This document shows positions 1 to 10,735 of a stretch of DNA of 17,554 nucleotides, piece after piece. The stretch is from contig NW_021824785.1 in assembly GCF_006345805.1 (NCBI RefSeq), positions 1 to 17,554 on the forward strand, in the 5' to 3' direction. The DNA is from Octopus sinensis. Lineage: Eukaryota. The number at the start of each line of letters is the position of its first letter. Position 1 is the first letter of the stretch. The notes below the pieces were generated by a model. That model was not told the origin of the DNA and made no database searches. It saw only the letters and a program-made list of their open reading frames with translations. Both the position numbers and the translations under genes were made by a program.

Positions 1-268
1 TTTATGTATGTTATATATGCATCTATATATATTAATATATTATATATATATATATTATATATAATATTATATATATATATGAATAAAGAGGTAAGGAAAG
101 GTAGTGAAAATGGGGGAATAGCAGACGTATGTGTTGGGTATATATGTATGTGTGTATGTATGAGTGTGTATATAGTACGTATATATGTATGTATGTATAA
201 GCGTGGACGTGTATGCATGTATGTATGTGTGTTTCTGTGTGTGTATATAAGTGTGTATATGTGTGAGT
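1..268. repeat. (TA)n/(TATG)n/(GT)n microsatellite mosaic
   Basis: Alternating di- and tetranucleotide runs; the overlapping ORFs are artefacts. Confidence 0.9.
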
Positions 269-570
269 GAACACGTAGAAGTGTAGTGCCAGAAATTGGC
301 AGGCTTAAAGTCTTCAGTTGTATGACTTCCAAAGAATTCTCCAAGTGCCTGTTATGTATTATTTATATAGTTTTTGTTTTGTTCTTTGTTATGTGTGTGT
401 GCGTGTGAGTGTGTGTGTGTGTGTGTGTGGTGTGTGTGTCTGTGTTTAGACATGTGTGTGTTGGAAGAAAGAGAGAAAGAAACAGTGAAGTAAAGAGAGA
501 CTGCATATATTTTCTTCTGTTCCTTTGGGATTAACTAATTAATTAATAAATAATAATAATAATAATAATT

Positions 571-966
571 GTTTAAAATTTTGACACAAGGGACGCCATT
601 TTGGAGAAGAGGGTATAACTTGAATACATCGACCCCAGTGGTTCACAGGTACTTAATTTATCGAGCCCCGAAAGGATGAAAGGCAAAGTAGACCCAGGCA
701 GAATTTGAATTCAGGACGTCAAGACGGACGAAACACCTATTTCTTTACTACCCACAACGGGCTAAACACAGAGAGTACAAACAAGGACAGACAAACGGAT
801 TAAGTTGATTACATCGACCCTAGTGCGTAACTGGTGCTCATTTAATCGACCCCGAAAGGATGAAAGGCAAAGTCGACCTCGGCGGAATTTGAACTCAGAA
901 CGTAGCGGCAGACGAAATACCGCTAAGCATTTCGCCCGGCGTGCTAACGCTTCTGCCAGCTCACCA
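571..966 (-). mobile_element. tRNA-derived SINE family 1, dimeric copy
   Basis: On the minus strand: A-box-like TGGCAGAAGCGTTAG and B-box GAGTTCAAATTCC (884-896). The central block GTCGACTTTGCCTTTCATCCTTTCGGGGTCGAT occurs twice (~845-877 and, diverged, ~658-695). Ends in a (TAA)n-type tail at ~535-575. Confidence 0.9.
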
Positions 967-975
967 TCAAAATAA

Positions 976-981
976 CAATAA

Positions 982-1040
<59 letters not shown>

Positions 1041-1066
1041 ATAATAATAATAATAATAATAATATA
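976..1066. repeat. (TAG)n followed by (TAA)n microsatellite
   Basis: Direct reading; separates two divergently oriented SINEs. Confidence 0.95.
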
Positions 1067-1069
1067 TAA

Positions 1070-1285
1070 GGTGAGCTGGCAGAATCGTTAGCACGCCAAG
1101 CAAAATGCTTAACGCCATTTTGTCCATCTTCGTGTTCTGAGTTTAAATTCTGCCGAGATCGACTTTGCCTTTCATCCTTTCGGGGTCGATAAATTAAGTA
1201 CCAGTGAAACACTAGGCCAATGTAATCGACTAGTTCCCTCCCCCAGAATTTCAGTTCTTGTGCTTCCAGTAGAAAGGATTATCAT
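1070..1285 (+). mobile_element. tRNA-derived SINE family 1, near full length
   Basis: GGTGAGCTGGCAGAATCGTTAG head, GAGTTTAAATTC B-box, same central block, GTAGAAAGGATTAT tail. Confidence 0.9.
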
Positions 1286-1290
1286 TATCA

Positions 1291-1655
1291 TTACCTCCGC
1301 CTTAGCTAAGGTGAAAGTATTATTATCAATTGTATTTGTTTGTCTGTGGACATGATATTTCAAGAACTGATGGATGGATTTGGATGAAACTTTCAGGGAT
1401 GTTTGGCCTCAAGACTGGCATGTGCTGATTAGATTTTGGAATCAATCCGGTACCGGACAAGGATTATGGATTATTCTTCTGTTTCCGATTTTATGTAATT
1501 TTTTAGAGCAGTCATGTTTATTTTTAGCATTCTTGTTTGTGAGAGCAGTCAAGTTTATTTCAGATATTCTCATTTTAAAAATCATCTCTGGCTAATCGTT
1601 GAGAAGACGTTGGGGTTGCCTTGGCGGAGGTTTGCACTGTCTGAGTGCTCTCATT
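1291..1655 (+). mobile_element. Non-autonomous Helentron-type element (HINE/DINE-1-like)
   Basis: Subterminal inverted repeats ACCTCCGCC (1293-1301) and GGCGGAGGT (1623-1631); TTTGTTTGTCTGT near the 5' end; GATGGATTTGGATGAAACTT core; 3' stem-loop GCACT-gtctg-AGTGC (1634-1648); TT at both ends. Confidence 0.75.
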
Positions 1656-1657
1656 AA

Positions 1658-1658
1658 T

Positions 1659-1732
<74 letters not shown>

Positions 1733-1762
1733 GAAGAAGAAGAAGAAGAAGAAGAAGAAGAA
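1658..1762. repeat. (TAA)n-(GAA)n compound microsatellite
   Basis: Direct reading; abuts the LINE fragment. Confidence 0.95.
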
Positions 1763-3225
1763 GAGCAAAAGTGGGAGGGTGTCAAGGTAGAAGATATAAG
1801 ATCTGCTCTCAGGAGGTCAAGCAAATGGAAGTCTCCAGGAAAGGATAAATTCCTAACTTCTGGCTGAATGCCTTCCCAGAGAGCCATGAACTGCTAACAG
1901 AACTGTACAATGATGTTTTGCAACACCCTAGTAGGATGCCTCCTTGGCTAGTTAATGGGTTAACATTCCTGCTTCCAAAAAGTGAAGAAACAAATGAACC
2001 AAAAAAATATAGCCATAACTGCTTAACAACTATGTACAAAACACTAACATCTGTCCTAACGGAATATAGCTATAGTTTTTAACAGACAGCAGCATATTCC
2101 CTAATGAACAGAAAGGATATAAACGTGGATCCTACGGCTGTAAAGACCAACTACTCAGCAATAAGATGATCTTAGAAGATTGTCACAAACGACACAAAAA
2201 CTTATCAATAGCCTGGATAGACTATAAAAAGGCTTTTGATAGCCTACCACATAGCTGGATTAGGAAATGCCTGGAAATGTATAAGATAGCACCTACTCTG
2301 CGAAATTCTTGACTGTAAGTATGAGATCATGGAGAACCACACTAACTCTGAACAGTGACAATGAATCCCTAAATGCGGTGATGTAAAAATTTCGTGTGGC
2401 ATTTTCCAGGGTGACTCACTGTCACCACTCCTCTTTTGTTTATCCTTAATACCTCTCTCAAAGCTGCCAATGACGCGCAGTACGGGTATAAAATGTTTGA
2501 TAAAAATATAAATCATCTCATTTACATGGATGATTTAAAGCTTTTTGCAAAAAATGACGAACAACTCAAGGGCTTACTAGCGATAGTCAAACAATTCAGT
2601 GACGACATCAGAATGCAATTCGGCCTCGATAAATGTGCAAAAGCTACCTTCATCAAAGGAAAAATGACAGAAACATCTAACGTTAACCTTGACCAGCAGA
2701 ATGTCATAAAAGAACTAGACCCAGCGGAGAGCTACAAGTACCTAGGGGTAATTGAAGGGAACGGAATAAGGCACTCAGAGATGAAGGAAAGGATCAGGAG
2801 AGAATGCTATCGAAGAGTGAGAGCAATACTCAAGACAGAGCTGAATGCAAGAAACAGGATCGAAGCGATCAATGCATTAGCCATACCAGTCGTGACTTAC
2901 AGTTTCAATATTGTTAACTGGTCAATTACTGAAATATGTCAGCTCGACAGAAAAATAAGGAAACTGTTGACAATGCATAGAATGCACCACCCTAAGGCAG
3001 ATACAGAACGACTCTATCTGCCAAGAAAAGAGGGAGGCCGTGGTCTTATCAATGAAGATTGCTACAATTGGCCTAGACACCTACCTGAAAAACCCTGAGG
3101 ACTGGATGTTAAAACTTGTCTCAAAACATGAAAACAAGAAAGCATCATACTCAGTAACAAAACAGGCAAAGGAATATCTAAGTGAATTCCGAATACAACC
3201 AATTTCGGAATTAGAGATAGATATA
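1763..3225 (+). mobile_element. Non-LTR retrotransposon fragment, R4/Dong-like clade, truncated at both ends
   Basis: Across frameshifts it reads WKSPGKD, PNFWL, FLLPKS, PITCL, EQKG...[40 protein letters not shown] (2523-2534), FGLDKCA, YKYLG and LYLPRKEGGRGL. These are RT motifs of restriction-like-endonuclease LINEs. The clade call is from recall. Confidence 0.9.
2436..3098 (+). pseudogene. Longest open segment of the decayed LINE reverse transcriptase
   Basis: ORF-track 220 aa containing YMDD and YKYLG. The start is artefactual and the true frame is broken by frameshifts on both sides. Confidence 0.85.
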
Positions 3226-3229
3226 AAAG

Positions 3230-3367
3230 GTAACCAAATGAAGGCCAGATTTTCAATCCAGAGTCATCCTGATTCCAAAAAGGTATAATATGTCTATGTA
3301 GAACAACTGTAGACTGAAATTCAGGGGCTCAGACGGACAGACAGAATTTTGCTTTTATTATTATAGA
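3230..3367 (-). mobile_element. Possible Helitron-like 5' terminal fragment
   Basis: Minus strand begins TCTATAATAATAAAAGCAAAATTCTGTCTGTCCGTCTG, resembling non-autonomous Helitron 5' ends, and it replaces the LINE 3' part. The base before TC is T rather than the expected A, and no 3' hairpin/CTRR was found. Confidence 0.35.
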
Positions 3368-3392
3368 AGAAATCATTATTATTTTCATTGAG

Positions 3393-3712
3393 TAGGGTGG
3401 AGTGAAAATAAAAGAAATTGTAAAAACTGAAAATGCCTGAGAACTAAAATGTTGCTATATTTAATTACTTAAAAAATGCTAAATTTTCGCTGAGATCAAT
3501 CAAGAGCATTTACTCCCTCAAGCCCCCTAAACTCCAAAAATGGGAGATTTTTGTAAATTCTTTTACAATAGCGGAGTTTTGGGAGTTTGGAGGAGTAAAT
3601 GTCCTTGACTGATCTATGCAAAAATTTGGCATTTTTCTAGTAATTAAATATAGCAACATTTTAGTTCTCAGGCATTTTCAGTTTTAAATATTTTTTATTT
3701 TCACTCCACCTA
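3393..3712. mobile_element. Fold-back MITE with ~140-bp terminal inverted repeats
   Basis: TAGGGTGGAGTGAAAATAAAA ... TTTTATTTTCACTCCACCTA. Inner arms match, e.g. AAAACTGAAAATGCCTGAGAACTAAAATGTTGCTATATTTAATTAC and its exact reverse complement. Confidence 0.9.
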
Positions 3713-3720
3713 TTAGTGAG

Positions 3721-3785
3721 GTCTACTTGTCTTTCATTCCTGTACCAGTCGCGTACTGGGGTCGATGTAATCGATGTACCCTCGA
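3721..3785 (+). mobile_element. Degraded 3' fragment of SINE family 1
   Basis: CTTTCATTCC...GTACCAGTCGCGTACTGGGGTCGATGTAATCGA. Confidence 0.6.
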
Positions 3786-4239
3786 TTGCTAGCATTGAAA
3801 CAAAATTTGAAAGCATTGTTATTGTTGTTATTATTATTGTTGTTATTGTTACTGTCACAAATCGAAACGTGAGTAGGAGTGAAAATTATCAGGACAAACT
3901 ACAAAAATGTGATAGGTTTGGTGGTGGCGGCGGTGACGGTGGTGATGACGGTGTTGGATGTGGAATGGGGGGGGGGCACATCGAAGAAACGAGAAAGAAA
4001 AAAATGAACTCATATGAAAAAAAAATAACGTCAACAACATTCCCCCCACACACGCAACAAAAAACAACAAAACGGTGTTAACAAAAACAATACTCTCACG
4101 ACGACGATGATGATGATAATGATGATGGTGATGATAATAATAACGATGCCAATATTAAAAAGAGAAAAAAAAAAGTAAGAAACTTCGTCGTTACCAGTTG
4201 CTGCTGTGTGACGCCATTTTGTCCAGTGTTCTTGTCTGC

Positions 4240-4272
4240 TTTGACGCCATCTTACAATGGCGTCAAACTAGT
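4240..4272 (+). mobile_element. Helitron-like 3' terminus (hairpin + CTAG|T)
   Basis: Perfect 11-bp stem TTTGACGCCAT-cttaca-ATGGCGTCAAA (4240-4267), then CTAG (4268-4271) and T. Confidence 0.55.
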
Positions 4273-4340
4273 TGCTTATCGGGAATAAATCATGTCTTGA
4301 GACTTTTGTTATTTGGAGTTTTTGTTATTCATGTTATTGG

Positions 4341-5350
<1,010 letters not shown>

Positions 5351-5394
5351 TTTACGTGAGAGGAAGGATGAGGACGCAGTACACCTGAACGCTG

Positions 5395-5540
5395 AAGCAG
5401 CTGGGTATGCAATCACAAGGTCCTGGTTTCAATCTCACAAGGTAACATCATCGTGGCAAATCCCATTTTTCTTAGTCTCGGGTCGACGCAATCCTTGTGT
5501 GGAAAATTTTGGGGACGGAAACTGTAGAGAAGCCGTTCAG
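5395..5540 (+). mobile_element. Old, diverged 5' half of SINE family 2
   Basis: GGTCCTGGTTTCAATCTCAC, GTCTCGGGTCGAC..CCTTGTG and GACGGAAACTG..GAAGCC resemble family-2 head motifs. Confidence 0.45.
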
Positions 5541-5559
5541 GTAAACTGTATTTTTTACC

Positions 5560-5790
5560 TTTCCTTTTCTTCTTTTACTGGTTTCAGTCATCAGACTGTG
5601 GCCATGCTGGGGCACAGTCTCGAGGAATTTCAGGGGAATGTATCGACCCCAGTAACTATTTCTATTTTTAAGTCTGGTACGTATTTTATCGGTCTCTTTG
5701 GCCGAATTGCTGAGTTACGGGATGTAAACCTACCAACACCAGTTGTCGAGCAGTGGTGGGTAACAAAGACCTAACATACACACAATATAT
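5560..5790 (-). mobile_element. SINE family 2, 3' half
   Basis: TTTCAGTCATCAGACTGTGGCCATGCTGGGGCAC...TCGACCCCAG...ATCGGTCTCTTTGGCCGAA. Confidence 0.85.
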
Positions 5791-6028
5791 ATATATTATA
5801 TATACATATATACACATGAAGAGTTGGCCAAACGACACCTGACAGTAAATCAAAACCATTTAATTCCAACTGAATGCATTTAATAAAAACATCTAAATAT
5901 GAAACATCATGGAAATTGTTCAAACTGAAGTCCTTCTCGTGAGCGACACATTTTCCCCTTCGAGTCAATACTGAATAACAGATAGTATCTATGGAATGTT
6001 GATTTAGTCTCGGGTGACTTCTGCCCAA

Positions 6029-6033
<5 letters not shown>

Positions 6034-6076
<43 letters not shown>

Positions 6077-6135
6077 TAATTAATATATAAATATATGCAT
6101 ATATACATACATATATATGTATATATACATGCATA
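6034..6135. repeat. (TAA)n and TA-rich repeat
   Basis: Direct reading. Confidence 0.9.
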
Positions 6136-6313
6136 TGTGGGTACAGGACATCAAAAAAGCGTAGACAGAATGAGAAACGGGAACATAAAAAAGAACAAAA
6201 ATATAGAAAACGAACTTTCCACAACCGAAAGAGCTACAAATAGTTTCATGCTATTATGATACTTGAACAGGCATTTTTATAAAATATGCCATGTATCTTA
6301 AAACAATCTTTCA

Positions 6314-6317
<4 letters not shown>

Positions 6318-6353
<36 letters not shown>

Positions 6354-6369
6354 CTCTCTCTCTCTCTCG

Positions 6370-6405
<36 letters not shown>

Positions 6406-6406
6406 A
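6318..6406. repeat. (TC)n-(TA)n microsatellite
   Basis: Direct reading. Confidence 0.95.
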
Positions 6407-7267
6407 ACATTTTATCATTAATTAAAATCTTAGGGTAGCAAGAATATTCATAGAAAAATTCTTAGTTACCAGTGGTCTAGTGAGAGAAGGAAAAATTAGT
6501 CAATAGACTATATATTATTCAAAGAAGAATACGGTGTACGTTCAAACACAAAAGAGATACCTGAAGAATAGGATATCTGACTAGCTAGAAAGAGCAGTTA
6601 AAACTCCAAGCCACCAATTGTTGTAATTCCGAAAGTGAATGGAAAATAAAAACTTTTTAAAACTATATATATATATATCAAACAAAGAGAGATTAATAAG
6701 GGATTAGTAGTCTCAGGCGAAATAATTCTTAAGCTCTCTGTAGATAAAAATATACCAGGCTACGGAAGTCTTCCTGTTCGGTATTGTAGTTCATGTAATC
6801 TAAAATCAAGGTTCGGCAGTTACAAAAGGAGGAAATCCATGGTTCGGCTACCAAGATTGTATGATTTTACAGAATGATACAGAAAAAATAATGATACAGT
6901 CAGAAATAATAGGTTATATACTTTTATATATTTATTATAGGCTTACAGCTGTTTCAGACACACATTTGAGAATGATCATGCTGAAATCGAACGATCGATC
7001 CATCAAGTGAAAATATAGGGAACCACTACTCTGAAGCCATTTTCTTTAGAGCGCAACAAACCAATTCTTGTATTTGTTTCAGTAATTTTAACTGCAGCCA
7101 TGCTGGAGCACCGCCTTTAGTCGAATAAATCGACCCCAGAACATATTGTTTGTAAGCCTAGTACTTATTCTATCAGTCCCTTTATATGTAAGTTACAGAG
7201 ACGTAAACACACCAGAATCGGTTATCAAGCGATGGTGGGGAGAGGACAAATACAGACACACAAACAA

Positions 7268-7300
<33 letters not shown>

Positions 7301-7495
7301 AGAGATAATGGTGTCATTGAGACCCAAAGGTGTCAGGTATTGCTGAATAAGTGATTTAACTTTCCTCTCACACCGTCTCCGATGAAAGGATATTATTAAT
7401 AAATATCCTAGAAACAGCTGTAAGACCTTCTATCTGTAAATGCTCTAATATCTACATAGCCTTGGTTTTTTTATCTTATTGCGCAAAAAAATTCC
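7301..7495 (+). mobile_element. Penelope-like element terminal fragment nested in the SINE
   Basis: Non-SINE insert that carries a minimal hammerhead motif, a known hallmark of Penelope-like pseudo-LTRs. Confidence 0.55.
7375..7426 (+). ncRNA. Minimal type I hammerhead ribozyme, variant core
   Basis: Stem I GTCT/AGAC; core CCGATGA (canonical CUGAUGA); perfect 8-bp stem II AGGATATT/AATATCCT; GAAAC; palindromic stem III ACAGCTGT; GUA cleavage triplet at 7420-7422. Confidence 0.7.
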
Positions 7496-7527
<32 letters not shown>

Positions 7528-7765
7528 ACGGGCTTCTTTCAGTTTCCGTCTCTCACAAGCCTTTGGGCGACCCGAGGCTCCAGTAGATCACACTTGCCCA
7601 AGTGCCACGCAGTGAGGCTGAACCTAGAACGATGTGGTTGGTAAGCTAGCTACTTATCACACAGCCACAATTGCCGAAGAAATGAAAAGAGGAAGGAATT
7701 TGATCATGGTTGGCATTTTTAGAGAACCAGGTCATCTGTTTTTAGTCATCAATCTTTAGTCATAA

Positions 7766-8104
7766 ACGCAGGTGTGGTTGTACCGTAAAGTTTGCTTCCT
7801 AACCAATTGGTTCCGGGTTCAGTCCTACTGCGTCGCACCTTGGGCAAGTGTTTTCTAATGTAGCATCCGACTGGCCGAAGTCTTGCGAGTAGATTTGGTG
7901 GACGGAAACTAAAAAATGCCCGTCGAATATCTGTGTGTGTCTCCGTCTACGTAACTTAGCAGTTCGGCAAAAGAGACAGTTAGAATAAGTACCAGGCTTT
8001 ACGAAAACAATAAGTACTGGGGTCGATTTGTTCGACTAAAATTCGTCAAGGCGGTGCCCCAGTATGGCCGCAGCGATATGACTAAAACAAGTAAAAGATA
8101 AGAT
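7766..8104 (+). mobile_element. SINE family 2, full length with internal deletion
   Basis: B-box GGGTTCAGTCC, CORE-like CACCTTGGGCAAGTG, and tail GGCGGTGCCCCAGTATGGCCGCAG...AAGTAAAAGA. Confidence 0.9.
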
Positions 8105-8155
8105 GCCATGGGTTGAATGGTATTGACATCCAGTAAAAAATTCGATACTTTACTG

Positions 8156-8236
8156 CAGGGGTTCTCAACCATTTTTTTTTTACCTATGGACCCCTTTGCT
8201 TACTATTTTATTCTGGTGGACCCCACCATAGCCATT
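8156..8236 (+). mobile_element. hAT-type MITE terminal fragment
   Basis: Starts CAGGGGTTCTCAACC, a typical hAT/Charlie TIR start; the partner TIR is absent. Confidence 0.55.
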
Positions 8237-8239
8237 CGA

Positions 8240-8580
8240 GGGTTCATTGGGCAAGTGTCTTCTACTATAGCTTCGGGCCGACCAAAGACTTGTGAGTGGA
8301 TTTGTTAGACGGAAACTGAAAGAAAGCCATCGTATATATGTTTGTATTTGTGTGTGTGTCTTTGTATCTGCGCTTGTCTCGCACCCCCCCATCACCACTT
8401 GACAACCGATGTTGGTGTGTTTACGTCCCCGTAACTTAGTTGTTCGGGAAAAGGATCTTGATAGAATAAGTACTAGGTTTTGAAAAATGTCCTGGGGTCA
8501 ATTTGTTTGACTAAAACCTTTCAAGGCGGTGCTCCAGCATGGCCGCAGTCAGATGACTGAAGCAAGTAAAAGAAGAAAAG
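8240..8580 (+). mobile_element. SINE family 2, 5'-truncated
   Basis: TTGGGCAAGTGTCTTCTACTATAGC through GGCGGTGCTCCAGCATGGCCGCAGTC...AAGTAAAAGA. Confidence 0.9.
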
Positions 8581-8589
8581 CGAGAGAGA

Positions 8590-9050
8590 GAGTGTGTGTA
8601 TGTGTATCAGCCTTTGTGTGTTTGTTCTCCTCCTACCGCCTGGCAACCGGTATTGGCGTGTTTGTGTCCCTGTAAGCTAGCAGTTCGCCAAAATATACCG
8701 ATAGAATAAGTACATGGTTTAAAGAAAATAGGCGGTGAGGTGGCAGAAACGTTTGCACGCCGGGTGAAATGCTTAGCGGTATTTCGTCTCTCTTTACGTT
8801 CTGAGTTCAAATTCCGCCGAGGTCGACTTTGCTTTTCATCGTTTCGGGGTCGATAAATTAAGTACCAGTTACGCACTGGGGTCGATCTCATCGACTGGCC
8901 CCCTCCTCAAAAGTTTCGGGTCTTGTGCTTAGAATAAAAAAGAAAAAAAGGCTTAAAGAAAATAAGTACTGTGGTCAGTTCGTTCGGCTAAAATTTTTCT
9001 ATGTGTTGCCCCAGCATGACCGCAGTCTAATGACTGAAACAAGTAAAAGA
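8590..9050 (+). mobile_element. SINE family 2 3' half, split by a family-1 SINE
   Basis: Family-2 sequence at 8590-8730 resumes at 8950-9050. Confidence 0.85.
8731..8949 (+). mobile_element. SINE family 1, full length, with 15-bp target-site duplication
   Basis: Flanked by GGTTTAAAGAAAATA (8716-8730) and GGCTTAAAGAAAATA (8950-8964). Confidence 0.9.
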
Positions 9051-9570
9051 ATTACAGATGAAGGACCGGTGTGGAACCCAAAAAATATTGATAGTGCTTT
9101 CGAATAAAAACGAAGAAAACTACAAAAACTACTCCACGTGGCATTTGTTCCGTCCAAGTTAGACAAACAATCCCTTATCACATTAAACGTCATAAAAAAT
9201 GCAGTACACCACTGATTAGCCCTGTTAGTAACCACGCCGCTATTGTTCACAGTTACACTCTATAACATAAATAAGACGATATAGCAGAACAGAGGCGACA
9301 ATACAACGGGGAAATCTTTGCACAAATATCAAGTCAGCTTATGAATGCAAGATTAACAAATACAGGTGGCACTGAATTTGTGAATATATTTCACTTATCG
9401 TTTTTATAGATTCTATATTTTGGCATAATTTCAGTCAAAGACGCCAAACCAGACAAAAGCTGGCATTACAAGAGGGAATTCTTGTAACCAAAGTTGGAGT
9501 CAATGATGAATATTTAATTAAGAACTACATGAGAATAACGTAACACTTTCCCAGTAGCCACAAAACTTAC

Positions 9571-9618
9571 TGAATTTGTTAAAATCATTCGGTGAGCCAA
9601 ACGCATTGGACACCTCTG
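9571..9618 (-). other. Candidate 48-nt micro-exon
   Basis: Minus strand ...CATTTCTAG|CAGAGG...AAATTCA|GTAAGT; open in phase 1 (xEVSNAFGSPNDFNKF) and in phase 0. The pyrimidine tract is short. Confidence 0.3.
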
Positions 9619-9844
9619 CTAGAAATGACAGTTAAATCTATTTCTATATAGTCCGTAAATTACGTTTTTGTTTTTAAAGTTAACCTTTTCGTTACGGGGG
9701 AGCAAGGGGAGAGACCGCTCCCTCTCATCCAAGTTTTCAAAATTGGCCCCTTTCAACAATTTTTTAAAAGTCTTTAGTTCACTTGTACGATAACAGACGA
9801 ATCCCCGACTCCACATTTTTGTCTATGGTCTTGGAAGAACTTTT

Positions 9845-9925
9845 TTTCCTTACTTTTTTCCATTAGACTGCGGCCATGCTGGAGCATCGCCTTGAAGAAT
9901 TTGTAGTCGAACTTATCAATATATA
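9845..9925 (-). mobile_element. SINE family 2 tail fragment
   Basis: GACTGCGGCCATGCTGGAGCATCGCC. Confidence 0.75.
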
Positions 9926-10006
9926 TATTTATATTTATATATATATGTACATACATACACACATATATATGCACATACATACATACATATATACGCATAT
10001 ATATGT

Positions 10007-10416
10007 TCTTTTCTTTTGTTCTTTTACTTGTTTAAATCATTTGACTGTGGCCATCCTGGAGTAACACTTTTAGTCCAACAAATCGACTCCAGGACTTAAT
10101 CTTTGTGAGCCTAGTATTTATTCTATCGGTCTCTTTTGCCGAACCGCTAAGCTACAAGGACGTAAACATACCAGCATCGGTTGTCAAGCGATGGTCACAC
10201 ACACACAGACACAGACACACACACACAGACACAGACACACACACACACATACATATACATATATACGATGGGCTTCTTTTCAGTTTCCATCTACCAAATC
10301 CACTCACAAGGCTTTGGTCGGCCCAAGGCTATAGAAGACACTTGCCCAAGGTGCCACGCATTGGGACTGAACCCGGGACCATGTGGTTAGTAAGCAAGCT
10401 TCTTACCACCAGGCTA
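10007..10416 (-). mobile_element. SINE family 2, near full length
   Basis: Complete head, CORE-like block, internal (CA)n and tail. Confidence 0.9.
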
Positions 10417-10449
10417 CGTTTTCAGGAGTCATTATATTCTTTGACCAAC

Positions 10450-10509
10450 CTCCCGTGTTTCGGAACTGTCTGCCCCAATCTCCCGTGATGTGTTGTTCGT
10501 CGCTGACAT
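10450..10509 (-). other. Candidate 60-nt micro-exon
   Basis: Minus strand TCTGTATTTGTTCTTCAG|ATGTCAGCG...ACGGGAG|GTTGGT; open in phases 0 and 1. The donor is weak. Confidence 0.25.
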
Positions 10510-10735
10510 CTGAAGAACAAATACAGACCCTGACGTCATAACCTCTCAGCAATGGACATTCCCATGGCGTTTCATCGTTTGTCATGTCACACCTACGTCA
10601 TGAATTGTAAGTTTTATACATAAAGACATTGTTACCGGAACATGAAATTAATGAACGTAGAATGCAATTACGTATATTACAACTAATGAGATATTTCGTG
10701 TAATATAAGAGAAATTAATTAAAAATTGCTTGGTA

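Larger units (their letters stand above)
7064..7670 (-). mobile_element. SINE family 2 (CORE-like, tRNA-derived), interrupted in its internal microsatellite
   Basis: 3' half at 7064-7290 and 5' half at 7523-7670, with an unrelated ~195-bp insert between them. Confidence 0.85.

Noticed and set aside
280-350. Short unique island as an exon
   Set aside because: No adequate pyrimidine tract or donor on either strand.
5990-6040. Second copy of the tRNA-headed element (shares CCTGAATAATAAT before the microsatellite)
   Set aside because: No recognisable B-box, and similarity beyond the junction is weak.
9055-9085. Hammerhead remnant CAGATGA-AGG...CC-CAAA
   Set aside because: Both core halves are mutated and there is no stem I or III; too degenerate to claim.
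10426-10606. Plus-strand exon candidate (TTTTCAG| ... |GTAAGT)
   Set aside because: Stop codons in all three frames and a length of 181 nt.
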